Below are positions 1 to 8,913 of a stretch of DNA of 64,000 nt, piece after piece. A program made the translations under genes and the position numbers. Origin of the DNA: Candidatus Moranbacteria bacterium RIFCSPHIGHO2_01_FULL_55_24. GTDB taxonomy: Bacteria > Patescibacteriota > Minisyncoccia > Moranbacterales > UBA1568. The stretch spans positions 23,581 through 87,580 of the forward strand of contig MFRW01000005.1 of the NCBI GenBank assembly GCA_001786575.1, in the 5' to 3' direction. The notes beneath the pieces were generated by a model. It made no database searches, was not told where the DNA came from, and saw only the letters and a list, made by a program, of their open reading frames with translations. How positions within the stretch are numbered: position 1 is the first letter of the stretch; the number at the start of each line of letters is the position of its first letter.

Positions 1-2232
1 TTTTGGGAAGAAGGGCTGAACCCCGAGCAGCTGCGAGCGGTACTCCAGACGGAGGGGCCGGTCTTGATTCTGGCTGGCGCGGGAAGCGGCAAGACCAAGA
101 CGCTGACGCACCGGATCGCGTATCTGATCGCCGAGAAAGGCGTCTCGCCGGTCAACATTCTGGCGGTGACTTTCACCAATAAGGCGGCGCAGGAAATGCG
201 CGAGCGCATCGAACGCTTGCTGGGCTCGGGAGAGGCGGGAACGATTTTCCATGCGGGCTCGCTCCCCCAAGTCGGGACATTCCACAATATCTGCGCCAAG
301 ATCCTGCGGCGCGAAATCGCCGTCTTGGGCTATGGCCAGAGTTTCCATATCCTAGACGATCAGGACCAGCAGGCGGTAGTGAAGCGCGCCATGAAGGAGC
401 TCGAGATAAGCACCGATCAGGTGCGCCCGCGCTCCATCCTCGAGGCCATATCGCGCGCCAAGAACGCCTTCATCGATGAAGAACAGTTCGTGCTCCAGGC
501 CGGAAGCTACTACGAGGAGATCGTCGCGAAGGTCTATGCCCGCTATCAGCGGGAGCTCCGGACCAACAACGCCCTGGATTTCGATGACCTCATCCGCTTG
601 TGCGTGAAGATCTTCCAGGAATACCCGGAAGTCCTCGAGCGCTACCAGAACCTTTTCCGCTACATCATGGTGGACGAATACCAGGACACCAACCATCCCC
701 AGTACCTCTTGATCCACCTGCTCGCCAAGAAACACCGCAATGTCTTCGTGATCGGCGATGATTACCAGTCGATCTACGGCTGGCGTCAGGCGGATATCCG
801 GAACATCCTCGATTTCGAGAAAGACTATCCGGATGCCGCCGTCATCACGCTCGACCGGAACTACCGCTCGACGCAGATCATCCTCGATGCGGCACAGGGC
901 GTGATTTCCAAGAATAGGGACCAGCGCCACAAGAAGCTCTGGACGGAGAGCAAGGAGGGAGAGCTCGTGACGCTCTGCCCCGCGAGCGACGAAGAGGGCG
1001 AAGCGCGCGCCGTCGCGGAAATCGTGCGCGCCGGGAAGGATGTCGGCAGGCGCTTCAGCGACTTCGCGGTCCTCTACCGCACCAATGCCCAATCGCGGGC
1101 GCTGGAAGAGATGTTTCTCCGCACCTCTATCCAGTACCGGATCGTCGGCGGGCTCAAATTCTACCAGCGCAAGGAAGTGAAGGATATGGTGGCGTATGTG
1201 CGTCTCTTGGAGAACCCGCGCGACTTTCTGGCGCTGGAGCGCATCGTGAACGAGCCGAAACGCGGCATCGGCAAGACGACTTTGGCCAAGTGGGAAGCGT
1301 ATGCGCGCGAGCGCGCCGTGAATTTCCTGGACGCAGCGTACCAGATGGGTCCGGACGATGGGCCCAACGAATCCAAGCGCAAGGCGATCAAGGATTTTGC
1401 GGATATTTTCTTGCGTCTCCAGGCCGAGCGCGAAACGCGGCCGGACATGCGCTTAGCGGAACTCCTCTACAAGATCTCCCAGGAGAGCGGCTACATGGAT
1501 GCGCTCGCGGACGGAACGCAGGAAGGCGAGACCCGGCAGGAAAACGTGCGCGAACTCTTTACGGTGGCGGAGAAGTTCCGCACTATGCCGCTCGATGAGG
1601 CGCTTCACAGCTTCCTCGAGGAAGTGGCGCTTTCATCCGATACGGATGAGATCAATGCCGATGCCGATGCAGTCCAGCTGATGACGGTGCATAGCGCGAA
1701 GGGACTGGAGTTCCCTGTGGTCTTCATCGTCGGATTGGAAGAAGGAGTCTTCCCGCATTCGCGGAGCGCGCTTTCGCCGCAAGAGATGGAGGAGGAGCGG
1801 CGCCTCATGTATGTAGCGCTCACGCGAGCCAAGGAGAAACTGTACCTTCTCTATGCTGAAACGCGCATGATTTTCGGAAATACCCAGGTGAACCCGCCAT
1901 CGCGTTTCTTGAGCGAGATTCCCGAACACCTCACGCACGAAACAGAAAAGAAATCTTCCGGCCTGCTCGGCAAGCGCTCGTTCGCGCGCACCCCGTACCG
2001 TTTCGCTTCGCGTCTCAAGGCAGCTTCTGCACCGGCAATGAAAGAGGATTCATCTTCGGAAAAAAGAAAGCCGCTCATGCCGGAAGAAGTACGTCCCGGA
2101 GATATGGTGGAACACCCGCAGTTCGGGTCAGGCCTCATCGTCTCTCTCGACGGAACCCTGGCGACCATCGCCTTCAAGCGCTCGGGAGTGAAGAAAATGA
2201 TGCTTGGCGTCGCGCCGCTCCAGAAGAGCTAA
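1..2232 (+). CDS. uvrD: ATP-dependent DNA helicase UvrD/PcrA family (5' end outside window)
   Basis: Frame 1 reads from base 1 (FWEEGLNPEQLRAVLQTEGPVLILAGAGSGKTKTLTHRIAYLI, Walker A). Contains DEYQDTN, VIGDDYQSIYGWRQA, TLDRNYRST and VHSAKGLEFPVVFIV helicase motifs plus a UvrD C-terminal tail. The TTG at 64 is only the first in-frame start inside the window. Confidence 0.9.
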   Translation, partial: FWEEGLNPEQLRAVLQTEGPVLILAGAGSGKTKTLTHRIAYLIAEKGVSPVNILAVTFTNKAAQEMRERIERLLGSGEAGTIFHAGSLPQVGTFHNICAKILRREIAVLGYGQSFHILDDQDQQAVVKRAMKELEISTDQVRPRSILEAISRAKNAFIDEEQFVLQAGSYYEEIVAKVYARYQRELRTNNALDFDDLIRLCVKIFQEYPEVLERYQNLFRYIMVDEYQDTNHPQYLLIHLLAKKHRNVFVIGDDYQSIYGWRQADIRNILDFEKDYPDAAVITLDRNYRSTQIILDAAQGVISKNRDQRHKKLWTESKEGELVTLCPASDEEGEARAVAEIVRAGKDVGRRFSDFAVLYRTNAQSRALEEMFLRTSIQYRIVGGLKFYQRKEVKDMVAYVRLLENPRDFLALERIVNEPKRGIGKTTLAKWEAYARERAVNFLDAAYQMGPDDGPNESKRKAIKDFADIFLRLQAERETRPDMRLAELLYKISQESGYMDALADGTQEGETRQENVRELFTVAEKFRTMPLDEALHSFLEEVALSSDTDEINADADAVQLMTVHSAKGLEFPVVFIVGLEEGVFPHSRSALSPQEMEEERRLMYVALTRAKEKLYLLYAETRMIFGNTQVNPPSRFLSEIPEHLTHETEKKSSGLLGKRSFARTPYRFASRLKAASAPAMKEDSSSEKRKPLMPEEVRPGDMVEHPQFGSGLIVSLDGTLATIAFKRSGVKKMMLGVAPLQKS

Positions 2233-2289
2233 CGTTTGCTTTTTCCTGGGATTTACGGGAAAGTAAAGGATACCTCTGTATTTTTTTCT

Positions 2290-3615
2290 ATGGGCGCGAT
2301 CAAGGTCAATCTGAAGCCGGTACTAGGTGCGATTCTCGTTGCAGGCTTTCTTTTCGCCTCTCTTCCTTGGACTGTCTCTGGCGCCGAAACCACCCAGAAT
2401 CTGGATAAAGCGCTCAAATCAGGGAAGAAAAATATCCAATTTTCCGGGAAAGAGAATGATGATGTGAAGATCCGCAAAGGGGTCGCAGTGATCGGCTCGA
2501 GCCCGGACAAAGCGATCATCAACGGCGACATCGAAATGGAGAACGGTTCGTCGCTTCAGAATGTGACAGTGAACGGGAATGTTGTTCCGATCACGGTCGA
2601 TAAAGGCGCAAGCGTCACCCTCATCAATGTGACGGTACGCGGCGGCAAGGATACGGGCATTTACGCTCCGAAGGGCGGAGGGACGCTTACCGTGAGAAAT
2701 TCACGGATAACCAAGAATCGCAAAGGTCTCTTTATCCTCGAAGGGAAAGCTCTACGGCTTTCCGGCAACCAGATTTCCGGGAACGGCGAGGAGGGCTTGG
2801 ATGTGCATGCGTTCGCGAGCGGTTCTATCGCGGGGAATACGTTTTCGGGAAACGGCGAGGGCGGCGCGGAGATCATCATCAACGGCTCATCGCTTACAGT
2901 TTCCGGAAATACTTTCAATGGAAACAAGTCGAGCGGACTCGCGCTTCAGACATACGGCGGGAGCAGCAAAGCGGGAAAAATTTCTATTAACAATAATACT
3001 TTCGTCGGAAACGGAAATTTCGGCATCGACTGCAAGAACCCGAGCGGCAGCGGGGGTCTCCAATATTTCCGGCAAACGGCGCGGGCAGTCGGGAACAAAT
3101 TTTCAGGGAACGGTCTCGGTCCGATCAGTCAGCGCTGCAGTTTCGGAAACCAGGCAGAAATTCCCAAGGAAGATATCGCGGAGAATGATAGTGAGACCGA
3201 GGAGTCACTGGAGACAGAAGAAGGAGAATTAGCGGAAGAAGCGGAAGTAGAGCAGATGGCTAAGGCAGGATCATTCCCCCAGCCAGGCATAGCAGAGAGC
3301 CTGTTGGTGGCAGCAGCCCGTTTCGAGGAGGATCTCGAAGCGGCGAATACTCCGAAAGCCAAATACGAGCGGGTCGTCTCCGGAGTTGATCGGGCATTCA
3401 TACGGGAAAAAGAGGCCGAACTGGAAGCGCTTCGCTTGGAGAAGAATAGCTGTTACGCCTCCGATGCGCTTGCCCAAAGGGATGCATGCACCGCGGATGA
3501 GGTGCGCATCATCGACGAGACGCTGGACTACGGAGAAATGCTTCTCCGAGAATCCCGAGACCGTTTCGGACTCTTCTCTTGGGAAACCCTTCGGGAAATC
3601 TTCTCTTCACGCTGA
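2290..3615 (+). CDS. secreted right-handed parallel beta-helix repeat protein with acidic C-terminal tail
   Basis: ATG at 2290 followed by a hydrophobic signal/anchor (LKPVLGAILVAGFLFASLPWTVSGAE). Repeated SGN/GNG beta-helix rungs (ISGNGEEGLDV, FSGNGEGGAEIII, FNGNKSSGLAL, FVGNGNFGIDC, FSGNGLGP). E/D-rich C-terminus. Confidence 0.55.
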   Translation: MGAIKVNLKPVLGAILVAGFLFASLPWTVSGAETTQNLDKALKSGKKNIQFSGKENDDVKIRKGVAVIGSSPDKAIINGDIEMENGSSLQNVTVNGNVVPITVDKGASVTLINVTVRGGKDTGIYAPKGGGTLTVRNSRITKNRKGLFILEGKALRLSGNQISGNGEEGLDVHAFASGSIAGNTFSGNGEGGAEIIINGSSLTVSGNTFNGNKSSGLALQTYGGSSKAGKISINNNTFVGNGNFGIDCKNPSGSGGLQYFRQTARAVGNKFSGNGLGPISQRCSFGNQAEIPKEDIAENDSETEESLETEEGELAEEAEVEQMAKAGSFPQPGIAESLLVAAARFEEDLEAANTPKAKYERVVSGVDRAFIREKEAELEALRLEKNSCYASDALAQRDACTADEVRIIDETLDYGEMLLRESRDRFGLFSWETLREIFSSR

Positions 3616-3616
3616 A

Positions 3617-4597
3617 TCAAGCTGACTTCTTCCGCTTGGCGTGGAAGGAGCGGTGGACTTCTTTGAGCCGCTCATTGGTGATGTGGGTGTAGACCTGGGT
3701 CGTGGTGATCGAGGCGTGCCCGAGCATCGCCTGGACGCTTCGGATATCGGCGCCATTTATGAGGAGATCGGTGGCGAAACTGTGGCGGAGCGTATGTGGG
3801 TGCACATCCTTCACGATGCCTGCTTTCTTGGCATAGTGCTTCACGAGGCGCTGGACGGTGCGGGGGGTGAGACGTTCCGTATCACGCTCTTTCGCCTTCT
3901 TTGTCTGCAAGCCCTTCTTCGGATAGCCGACGAAGAGCGCCGGGTCGATATCGGTCCGCTTATCGAGATAGGCTTTGAGGGCGAGCCTGGCATCGGGTGA
4001 GAGGAAGACGATACGCAGCTTGCTTCCTTTTCCGCGCACGCTGAATTCCTCCTTGTCGAGATTCACATGGTTCCGGTCGAGACCGATAAGTTCCGATACG
4101 CGGAGCCCGGAAGAGAACAGGAGCTCGACAATAGCGCGATCGCGCAGGCTTTTCGCGTCGATTCCTTGGGTCGCGGCGATGAGGCGCTCTACCTCATCGA
4201 ATTCCAGGAAGTCTACCTGGCGGTCCGGGATCTTGCCGACCTCGACCTTCTCGGCGGCGAGGGTGCTTATGTCCTGTTTGGCCAGGTATTTGAGAAATGT
4301 CCGGATGACGATCGCGTGGTAGGCCTGGGTATTCTTCTTGAGGGTCTCCCCGCGCCCGTTTTCCTTGCGATTCAGGTAGAGGCGGTATTCGCGGACTCGC
4401 CCGAAGGTGATATCTGCCGGGATTACGAGCTCTCCCCACTGGAAAAAATGTGAGAGCACCCTCCCGTAGCTCTCGAGCGTCCGGCGGGAGCGGTTCATCT
4501 CGATTTCCAGGTGGTCCAGGAACTCTTGGGCGAGCCTTTCGAGCTCGGTCCGGGGCTTCTTTTGTTTTTCTTTTTCCATGGTAGTATTATGCGACAT
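3617..4597 (-). CDS. tyrosine site-specific recombinase, XerC/XerD/phage-integrase family
   Basis: C-terminal catalytic motifs HTLRHSFATDLLINGADIRSVQAMLGHASITTTQVYTHI (R..H..R..Y). Core-binding N-terminal domain. ATG at 4597, with an alternative at 4579. Confidence 0.85.
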   Translation of the reverse strand: MSHNTTMEKEKQKKPRTELERLAQEFLDHLEIEMNRSRRTLESYGRVLSHFFQWGELVIPADITFGRVREYRLYLNRKENGRGETLKKNTQAYHAIVIRTFLKYLAKQDISTLAAEKVEVGKIPDRQVDFLEFDEVERLIAATQGIDAKSLRDRAIVELLFSSGLRVSELIGLDRNHVNLDKEEFSVRGKGSKLRIVFLSPDARLALKAYLDKRTDIDPALFVGYPKKGLQTKKAKERDTERLTPRTVQRLVKHYAKKAGIVKDVHPHTLRHSFATDLLINGADIRSVQAMLGHASITTTQVYTHITNERLKEVHRSFHAKRKKSA

Positions 4598-4677
4598 TAT
4601 TGTAACATGGAGCTCGGCTTTTCTTCATAAGTATGCTTCAAATAAGCCATAAATAAGAAAATTAGCTCTTTTTTTCC

Positions 4678-4706
4678 TTGACGGGAATCGGTCTCGGGGC
4701 TATACT
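4678..4706 (+). promoter_or_regulatory. sigma70-like promoter (TTGACG-17nt-TATACT) in the divergent intergenic region
   Basis: -35 TTGACG at 4678-4683 and -10 TATACT at 4701-4706, spacer 17 nt, AT-rich surroundings. Directed toward the LysM-CHAP gene. Confidence 0.45.
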
Positions 4707-4985
4707 TACCTTTGTAAAAATTAGGGTAAAAGCCTGATGGGTAGGAAATAAGCTTTTTTCGAAAAGCTCCTATTCTAAAGCTTTTTCCAATTGAAAGGCG
4801 CGATTCATATCCGCAATTTTCACCCGTTTTCCCATCGTGAGAGCGAGCAGGAAAACGATCTTCAGCACGGTACCAAAGGAAAGGAAAAAGTAGCCCTTGG
4901 GGACCGCTTGCATGGTTGGCATACCAAGTCGCACTACCTGCAGAGACGTCTGCTGACCTTCTTGAAGGATGTTTCGGGGTATCGG

Positions 4986-6071
4986 GTGGTCCGGGTCTTC
5001 CGGAATTACTCGGCTTTTTCTATCGTGGCGTCGAGCGCCCTTCTGGTCTCGGCAAGCAATTTCGCCCAGGGCCAGGATTCTTCCAGCGTTCTTTTGAGCT
5101 ACATCGGCGAAGATACCGCGACTGAAGACACGCTTTCTGCCAAGCATCGGATCGCCGCCCAGAGCGGCAAGAAAGAGAATCTGGCGCTGGTGCCCCTCGC
5201 TGACGCGTCTACGTCTGTCGATCCGGAACAGAAAGACAACACTTCTCTCTTCGATGTCGAAGCGCTGGCTTTCCAGAATCAAGTGATGCTCTCGACCCAG
5301 ACGGTCGATATGGCCAAGGATCCCGAAGAAGAGGGTGGTGTCACGATCTATACCGTCAAATCCGGGGACAATCTCGGCTCGATCGCAGAGAAGCATGGCA
5401 TTACGGTCAATACCATCCTCTGGGCGAACGACTTGGCGAATGCCGACGAGATCAAGCCTGGGGACCAGATCTTCATCCTGCCGGTAGCCGGCCTTTCCCA
5501 TGTGGTGAAGAGCGGCGAAACCATCGACTCTATCGCCAAGGAATACAAGGCCGATGCCGAGAAGATCATCGCTTTCAACAGCCTGCCGGCCAATGGCGAG
5601 CTCAAGATCGGCGACTCGATCATCATTCCGGATGGCAAAAAGGATGCTCCGAAGCCGGCTCCGAGCGATGAAACTGGGCTCGAACGCCGCCAGTATGCGA
5701 CTTCGACCGGCGGAACCGCTACGGATGTTTCCGGCTATCGGAAGCTCGAAGGCAAGGCGGGGGCCGGGCACCGCTTCCCTTACGGCTATTGCACCTGGTA
5801 CGTGGCGCAGAAACGCTATGTGCCATGGGGCGGCAATGCCGGAACCTGGCTCTACAATGCCAAGGCCATGGGCTACAGGACCGGCAAGGCTCCGGCTGTC
5901 GGCTCGATTGTCGTAACGACCGAGAACCGCTACTATGGCCACGTCGCTATAGTAGAGAAGGTGAGCGGCGGGATGATTACCGTGAGCGATATGAACTACG
6001 TGGGCTGGGGCAAAACCAGTCGCCGCACGCTCCCGGCAAATAGCCGCGTCATCAAGGGGTATATCTACTAG
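4986..6071 (+). CDS. peptidoglycan hydrolase: signal peptide, 2x LysM, C-terminal CHAP domain (candidate T4SS cell-wall hydrolase, PrgK/TcpG-like role)
   Basis: Two LysM repeats (YTVKSGDNLGSIAEKHGITVNTILWANDL...GDQIFIL and HVVKSGETIDSIAKEYKADAEKIIAFNSL...GDSIIIP). CHAP signature (YGYCTWYVAQKR...GNAGTWLYNAKAMGY...YGHVAIVEKV, Cys and His present). There is no in-frame ATG. GTG at 4986 gives a signal peptide (VRVFRNYSAFSIVASSALLVSASNFAQG). The first possible start is TTG at 4791. Confidence 0.7.
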   Translation: MVRVFRNYSAFSIVASSALLVSASNFAQGQDSSSVLLSYIGEDTATEDTLSAKHRIAAQSGKKENLALVPLADASTSVDPEQKDNTSLFDVEALAFQNQVMLSTQTVDMAKDPEEEGGVTIYTVKSGDNLGSIAEKHGITVNTILWANDLANADEIKPGDQIFILPVAGLSHVVKSGETIDSIAKEYKADAEKIIAFNSLPANGELKIGDSIIIPDGKKDAPKPAPSDETGLERRQYATSTGGTATDVSGYRKLEGKAGAGHRFPYGYCTWYVAQKRYVPWGGNAGTWLYNAKAMGYRTGKAPAVGSIVVTTENRYYGHVAIVEKVSGGMITVSDMNYVGWGKTSRRTLPANSRVIKGYIY

Positions 6072-6101
6072 GTAGATTCCTCATCTAAAGCGTGATTTTC
6101 C

Positions 6102-6129
6102 AGCCCGAGGCTTATCCTCGGGCTTTTCC
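6102..6129 (+). terminator. rho-independent terminator after the LysM-CHAP gene
   Basis: 9-bp perfect stem AGCCCGAGG/CCTCGGGCT, loop CTTAT, then TTTCC. Confidence 0.5.
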
Positions 6130-6150
6130 GCCTCTTTTATGCTGGAGGGC

Positions 6151-6179
6151 TTTACAAAAGTCGAAAAATATGCTATAAA
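6151..6179 (+). promoter_or_regulatory. sigma70-like promoter TTTACA-17nt-TATAAA
   Basis: -35 TTTACA at 6151-6156 and -10 TATAAA at 6174-6179, exact 17-nt spacer. Lies upstream of the small secreted protein gene. Confidence 0.45.
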
Positions 6180-6238
6180 GGGGGTACAAAGGTTCTTTTT
6201 CATGCTCTATCATGAGCACCAAGCCAAAGGAGGCTATC

Positions 6239-6562
6239 ATGAAACTGCGTGCAAGCTCATTGAGCGTCATCATTTCTTTCGGCCTCGCTGCAGCTGCTGT
6301 GGCCGGCGGTGCCAGCCTTTCCTCGAAAGATAAGGGTGGTCCTGCTTCTGCACAGAAGATCTCTTTCGTTTACAGCCAGGAAGAAGCAGAAAGGTATCGC
6401 TACAGAAGCGAACACTGTACGGAAGTGAATCAGGGTGTGAATTCTTCCCGGAGATACGGAGAAAAGCCTTCACGCTATGATTCGGATGAACAAGAGAAGT
6501 GCGCGTTCTATCAGGAGATCGAGCTGAAAGGTCTCCCTGTGGAAGCAGCAGTGAGTGAATAG
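6239..6562 (+). CDS. small secreted protein (signal peptide, 2 Cys), unknown function
   Basis: MKLRASSLSVIISFGLAAAAVAGGASLSS signal peptide. Has its own promoter and a strong downstream terminator. Longest ORF begins at 6212. Confidence 0.45.
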   Translation: MKLRASSLSVIISFGLAAAAVAGGASLSSKDKGGPASAQKISFVYSQEEAERYRYRSEHCTEVNQGVNSSRRYGEKPSRYDSDEQEKCAFYQEIELKGLPVEAAVSE

Positions 6563-6581
6563 GGACGGTCAACACGTCCGT

Positions 6582-6620
6582 AAGGAGGTAACTTGATTCT
6601 TCAAGAGACCTCCTTTTTTC
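6582..6620 (+). terminator. strong rho-independent terminator
   Basis: 8-bp perfect stem AAGGAGGT/ACCTCCTT around an 18-nt loop that is itself palindromic (CTTGATTCTTCAAG), followed by TTTTTTC. Confidence 0.55.
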
Positions 6621-6687
6621 TTTGCTTAACTATGGTATACTTGGTGTTGAGGTGCTCCATATCGGAAGGCGCTTTTCCTGGTTTGCT

Positions 6688-8895
6688 ATGACCATTTTCG
6701 AAAATAAAAAGAAAAGGAACGGAGTTCTCGCGCTAACGCTTGCTTTGATATTCTTTGCAGGCGTTTTTGTATTTTTTGGAGCAGGAATAGTACATGCTGA
6801 ATCAGGATCGGTGGGGTATAACTCTGCTGTGCAACTTGGAGAGGCGGCAGCGAGCAATAGCGGAGGGGGCATGTTTGGATGGATAAGAGATGGCGTGATC
6901 TATGCTTTTAAAACCGTTCTTTACTGGGTTTTTCAATTGATGGGATGGGGGGTGTCCGTGGCGGTCACAATCTTCGGTTGGGCGATCAATCCGGAATACG
7001 TCTCCGGCCCGAACGGTTTCTTCAATCTGCCGGCAGTATATGACATGTGGAAATTCGTGCGAGATTTCCTGAACCTCTTCTTTATTCTCGCGCTCCTTTT
7101 CGCGGCCTTCGCAACGATTTTCCAGATAGACAAGTACAGCTACAAGAAGATCCTCTTGAAACTCGTTATCGCAGCGCTCATGGTGAACTTCAGTTTCCCT
7201 ATCTCCCGAGCGCTCATCGATGTGACGAATGTCCCGATGTATTTTTTCGCGAATTCTTTGATAGCGGATACCAATAATCCGAGCGCAGCTTTTGGGTCAG
7301 CGTTAAGCGCTTCGAAATTAGAGAATATTTTAGTTCCGCCAGCAGCCCAAGATGATCTGGACAAGATTGATACGTCACGATTGCTCGCAGCAATCGTGTT
7401 CATGTTTCTGTTCGCAGTCACGCTTCTGGTGCTGGCTGTGCAGTTTATCATCCGTCTCATCGCGCTTATCATTCTCGTTATTCTTTCGCCGATCGGGTTC
7501 GTGATGCCGGCTGTTCCGGGACTCCAGAAGTATGGAGGGCAATGGTGGGATAATTTCCTGAAGTATGCATTCTTCGGCCCGGCGGCGATGTTCATGCTGG
7601 TGCTTGCGACTCACTTCTTTGATGCTATCGGCGGAGCGAATAGCGGCACGTATAAGAACTTTCAGGCGGCAAGCCAGACTTCTGCTGCTGTCAACAGTGA
7701 CTTCATCGCTTCCATGGCGATGTTCTCCATCCCGATCGTGATGCTCTGGTTCACTATCGGTATTTCCGGGAAATTCGCTATTGCTGGCGCATCGGCCTCT
7801 ACCGCTTGGGGATACAAGGCAGGCAATTGGGGCAAGCGAAAATTATATGACAACCGCATAGGCCGGGGATTGTACCGTGGCGGAAAGAAGGCTGTTAGCG
7901 AAGGGAAGATCGCCGGCTTTGACTACGGGAACAAGAGGCTGGGCAAATATCTGTCGGGCAACTATTGGAAGCAGCCGAGCAAGATTGAAGCTGGTATTGC
8001 CGGCGGTGTCTACGGAGGCAAGGCCGGTGCTCGCCAGGAAATCGATAACGAAAGACATAAAGCCGTACTTAAAAGGGCGAAAGAGATTAAGGAAAGCAAT
8101 GAGAGCAATGAAACGAATAGGATCGGTCTCAAATCTTCGAGTCTGGTCGAAAGACAGGCTCGCGCCCGGGCTTTGGCCGAGGCTGGAGCCATCAAGACTC
8201 CGGAACTTCTCCTCCAGGCTCTCGAAGCCAATAAGGATAATCAGGGAATTGTCGATAAGGAACTGCATGAGTTCGTGCAAGACAAGGCTCATTCCGATGC
8301 CTGGGACGGCGTATCCGACAGGTACAAGAAAGATCCGGAATTCAAGCAGAAATACGATGCAATGGTTGAGAATCCTTCTATGTATCTGCGGGATGAAAAA
8401 ACCGGAAAATATGTCGATCATAATGGCAAAGAAGTTGATGCGGAGAAGAGAGTCGCTAGCAGCGCGCTGGAAGGATTCTATAGCAAGATCAAGAAAGAAG
8501 GCGAACTTCAGGTACGCGTGGATTATGATGCCCAGCAGTTTATGAAGGCAGGCAAGTCCGAGAGTGAAGCCAAGAGCCTGGCGTATGAGAAGCACATCGC
8601 GAAATTGAGCGCTGATGACTTGGCAAAGCAGGGAAGCATACTGTCTGTCCTGAAGAAGATGGATGATAAGGGTGAGCCCAATAAGAATTATGATCCGGAG
8701 CTTGTCGACTACTTCAAAGGTAAAACCAAGGATGACCCGCAGTACTACCAGGAGGCTCTGAAGAAGATGAAGAAGGGGAGCCGTGAAATTTGGCGGCAAG
8801 CGATCGATGGAGTTCAAAAAGAACAAAAGGAGGGACTAAAAGAAGGGTCGCGCGAATGGGCAGAGGCTGAATGGAAAAAGAAGCAAGGGGCTTAA
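6688..8895 (+). CDS. VirB6/TrbL-like polytopic membrane protein with long charged C-terminal coiled-coil extension (PrgH/TcpH-like)
   Basis: ATG at 6688 with signal/anchor MTIFENKKKRNGVLALTLALIFFAGVFVFFGAG. At least 6 predicted TM helices (FLNLFFILALLFAAFATIF, LLKLVIAALMVNFSF, LLAAIVFMFLFAVTLLVLAVQFIIRLIALIILVILSPIGFVMPA, YAFFGPAAMFMLVLATHFF, MAMFSIPIVMLWFTIGISG). About 350 aa of K/E-rich hydrophilic tail. Extended -10 TGGTATACT lies just upstream (6633-6641). Confidence 0.6.
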   Translation: MTIFENKKKRNGVLALTLALIFFAGVFVFFGAGIVHAESGSVGYNSAVQLGEAAASNSGGGMFGWIRDGVIYAFKTVLYWVFQLMGWGVSVAVTIFGWAINPEYVSGPNGFFNLPAVYDMWKFVRDFLNLFFILALLFAAFATIFQIDKYSYKKILLKLVIAALMVNFSFPISRALIDVTNVPMYFFANSLIADTNNPSAAFGSALSASKLENILVPPAAQDDLDKIDTSRLLAAIVFMFLFAVTLLVLAVQFIIRLIALIILVILSPIGFVMPAVPGLQKYGGQWWDNFLKYAFFGPAAMFMLVLATHFFDAIGGANSGTYKNFQAASQTSAAVNSDFIASMAMFSIPIVMLWFTIGISGKFAIAGASASTAWGYKAGNWGKRKLYDNRIGRGLYRGGKKAVSEGKIAGFDYGNKRLGKYLSGNYWKQPSKIEAGIAGGVYGGKAGARQEIDNERHKAVLKRAKEIKESNESNETNRIGLKSSSLVERQARARALAEAGAIKTPELLLQALEANKDNQGIVDKELHEFVQDKAHSDAWDGVSDRYKKDPEFKQKYDAMVENPSMYLRDEKTGKYVDHNGKEVDAEKRVASSALEGFYSKIKKEGELQVRVDYDAQQFMKAGKSESEAKSLAYEKHIAKLSADDLAKQGSILSVLKKMDDKGEPNKNYDPELVDYFKGKTKDDPQYYQEALKKMKKGSREIWRQAIDGVQKEQKEGLKEGSREWAEAEWKKKQGA

Positions 8896-8913
8896 GAGAA
8901 TTTCAGGATACTT

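Noticed and set aside
2230-4800. Search for att-like direct repeats of the tRNA-Leu 3' end near the recombinase gene
   Set aside because: No copy of GGGACTCGAACCC or neighbouring tRNA-Leu sequence is visible in the 2230-2290 or 4598-4790 intergenic regions. The island hypothesis is therefore kept only as a low-confidence finding.
4770-5942. 390-aa ORF on the minus strand opposite the LysM-CHAP gene
   Set aside because: R/A/G/L-rich antisense shadow of a GC-rich coding region. The plus-strand product has clear LysM and CHAP domains.
6139-6333. 64-aa plus-strand ORF overlapping the promoter and 5' end of the small secreted protein gene
   Set aside because: It is out of frame with the signal-peptide ORF, covers the promoter and lacks coding features.
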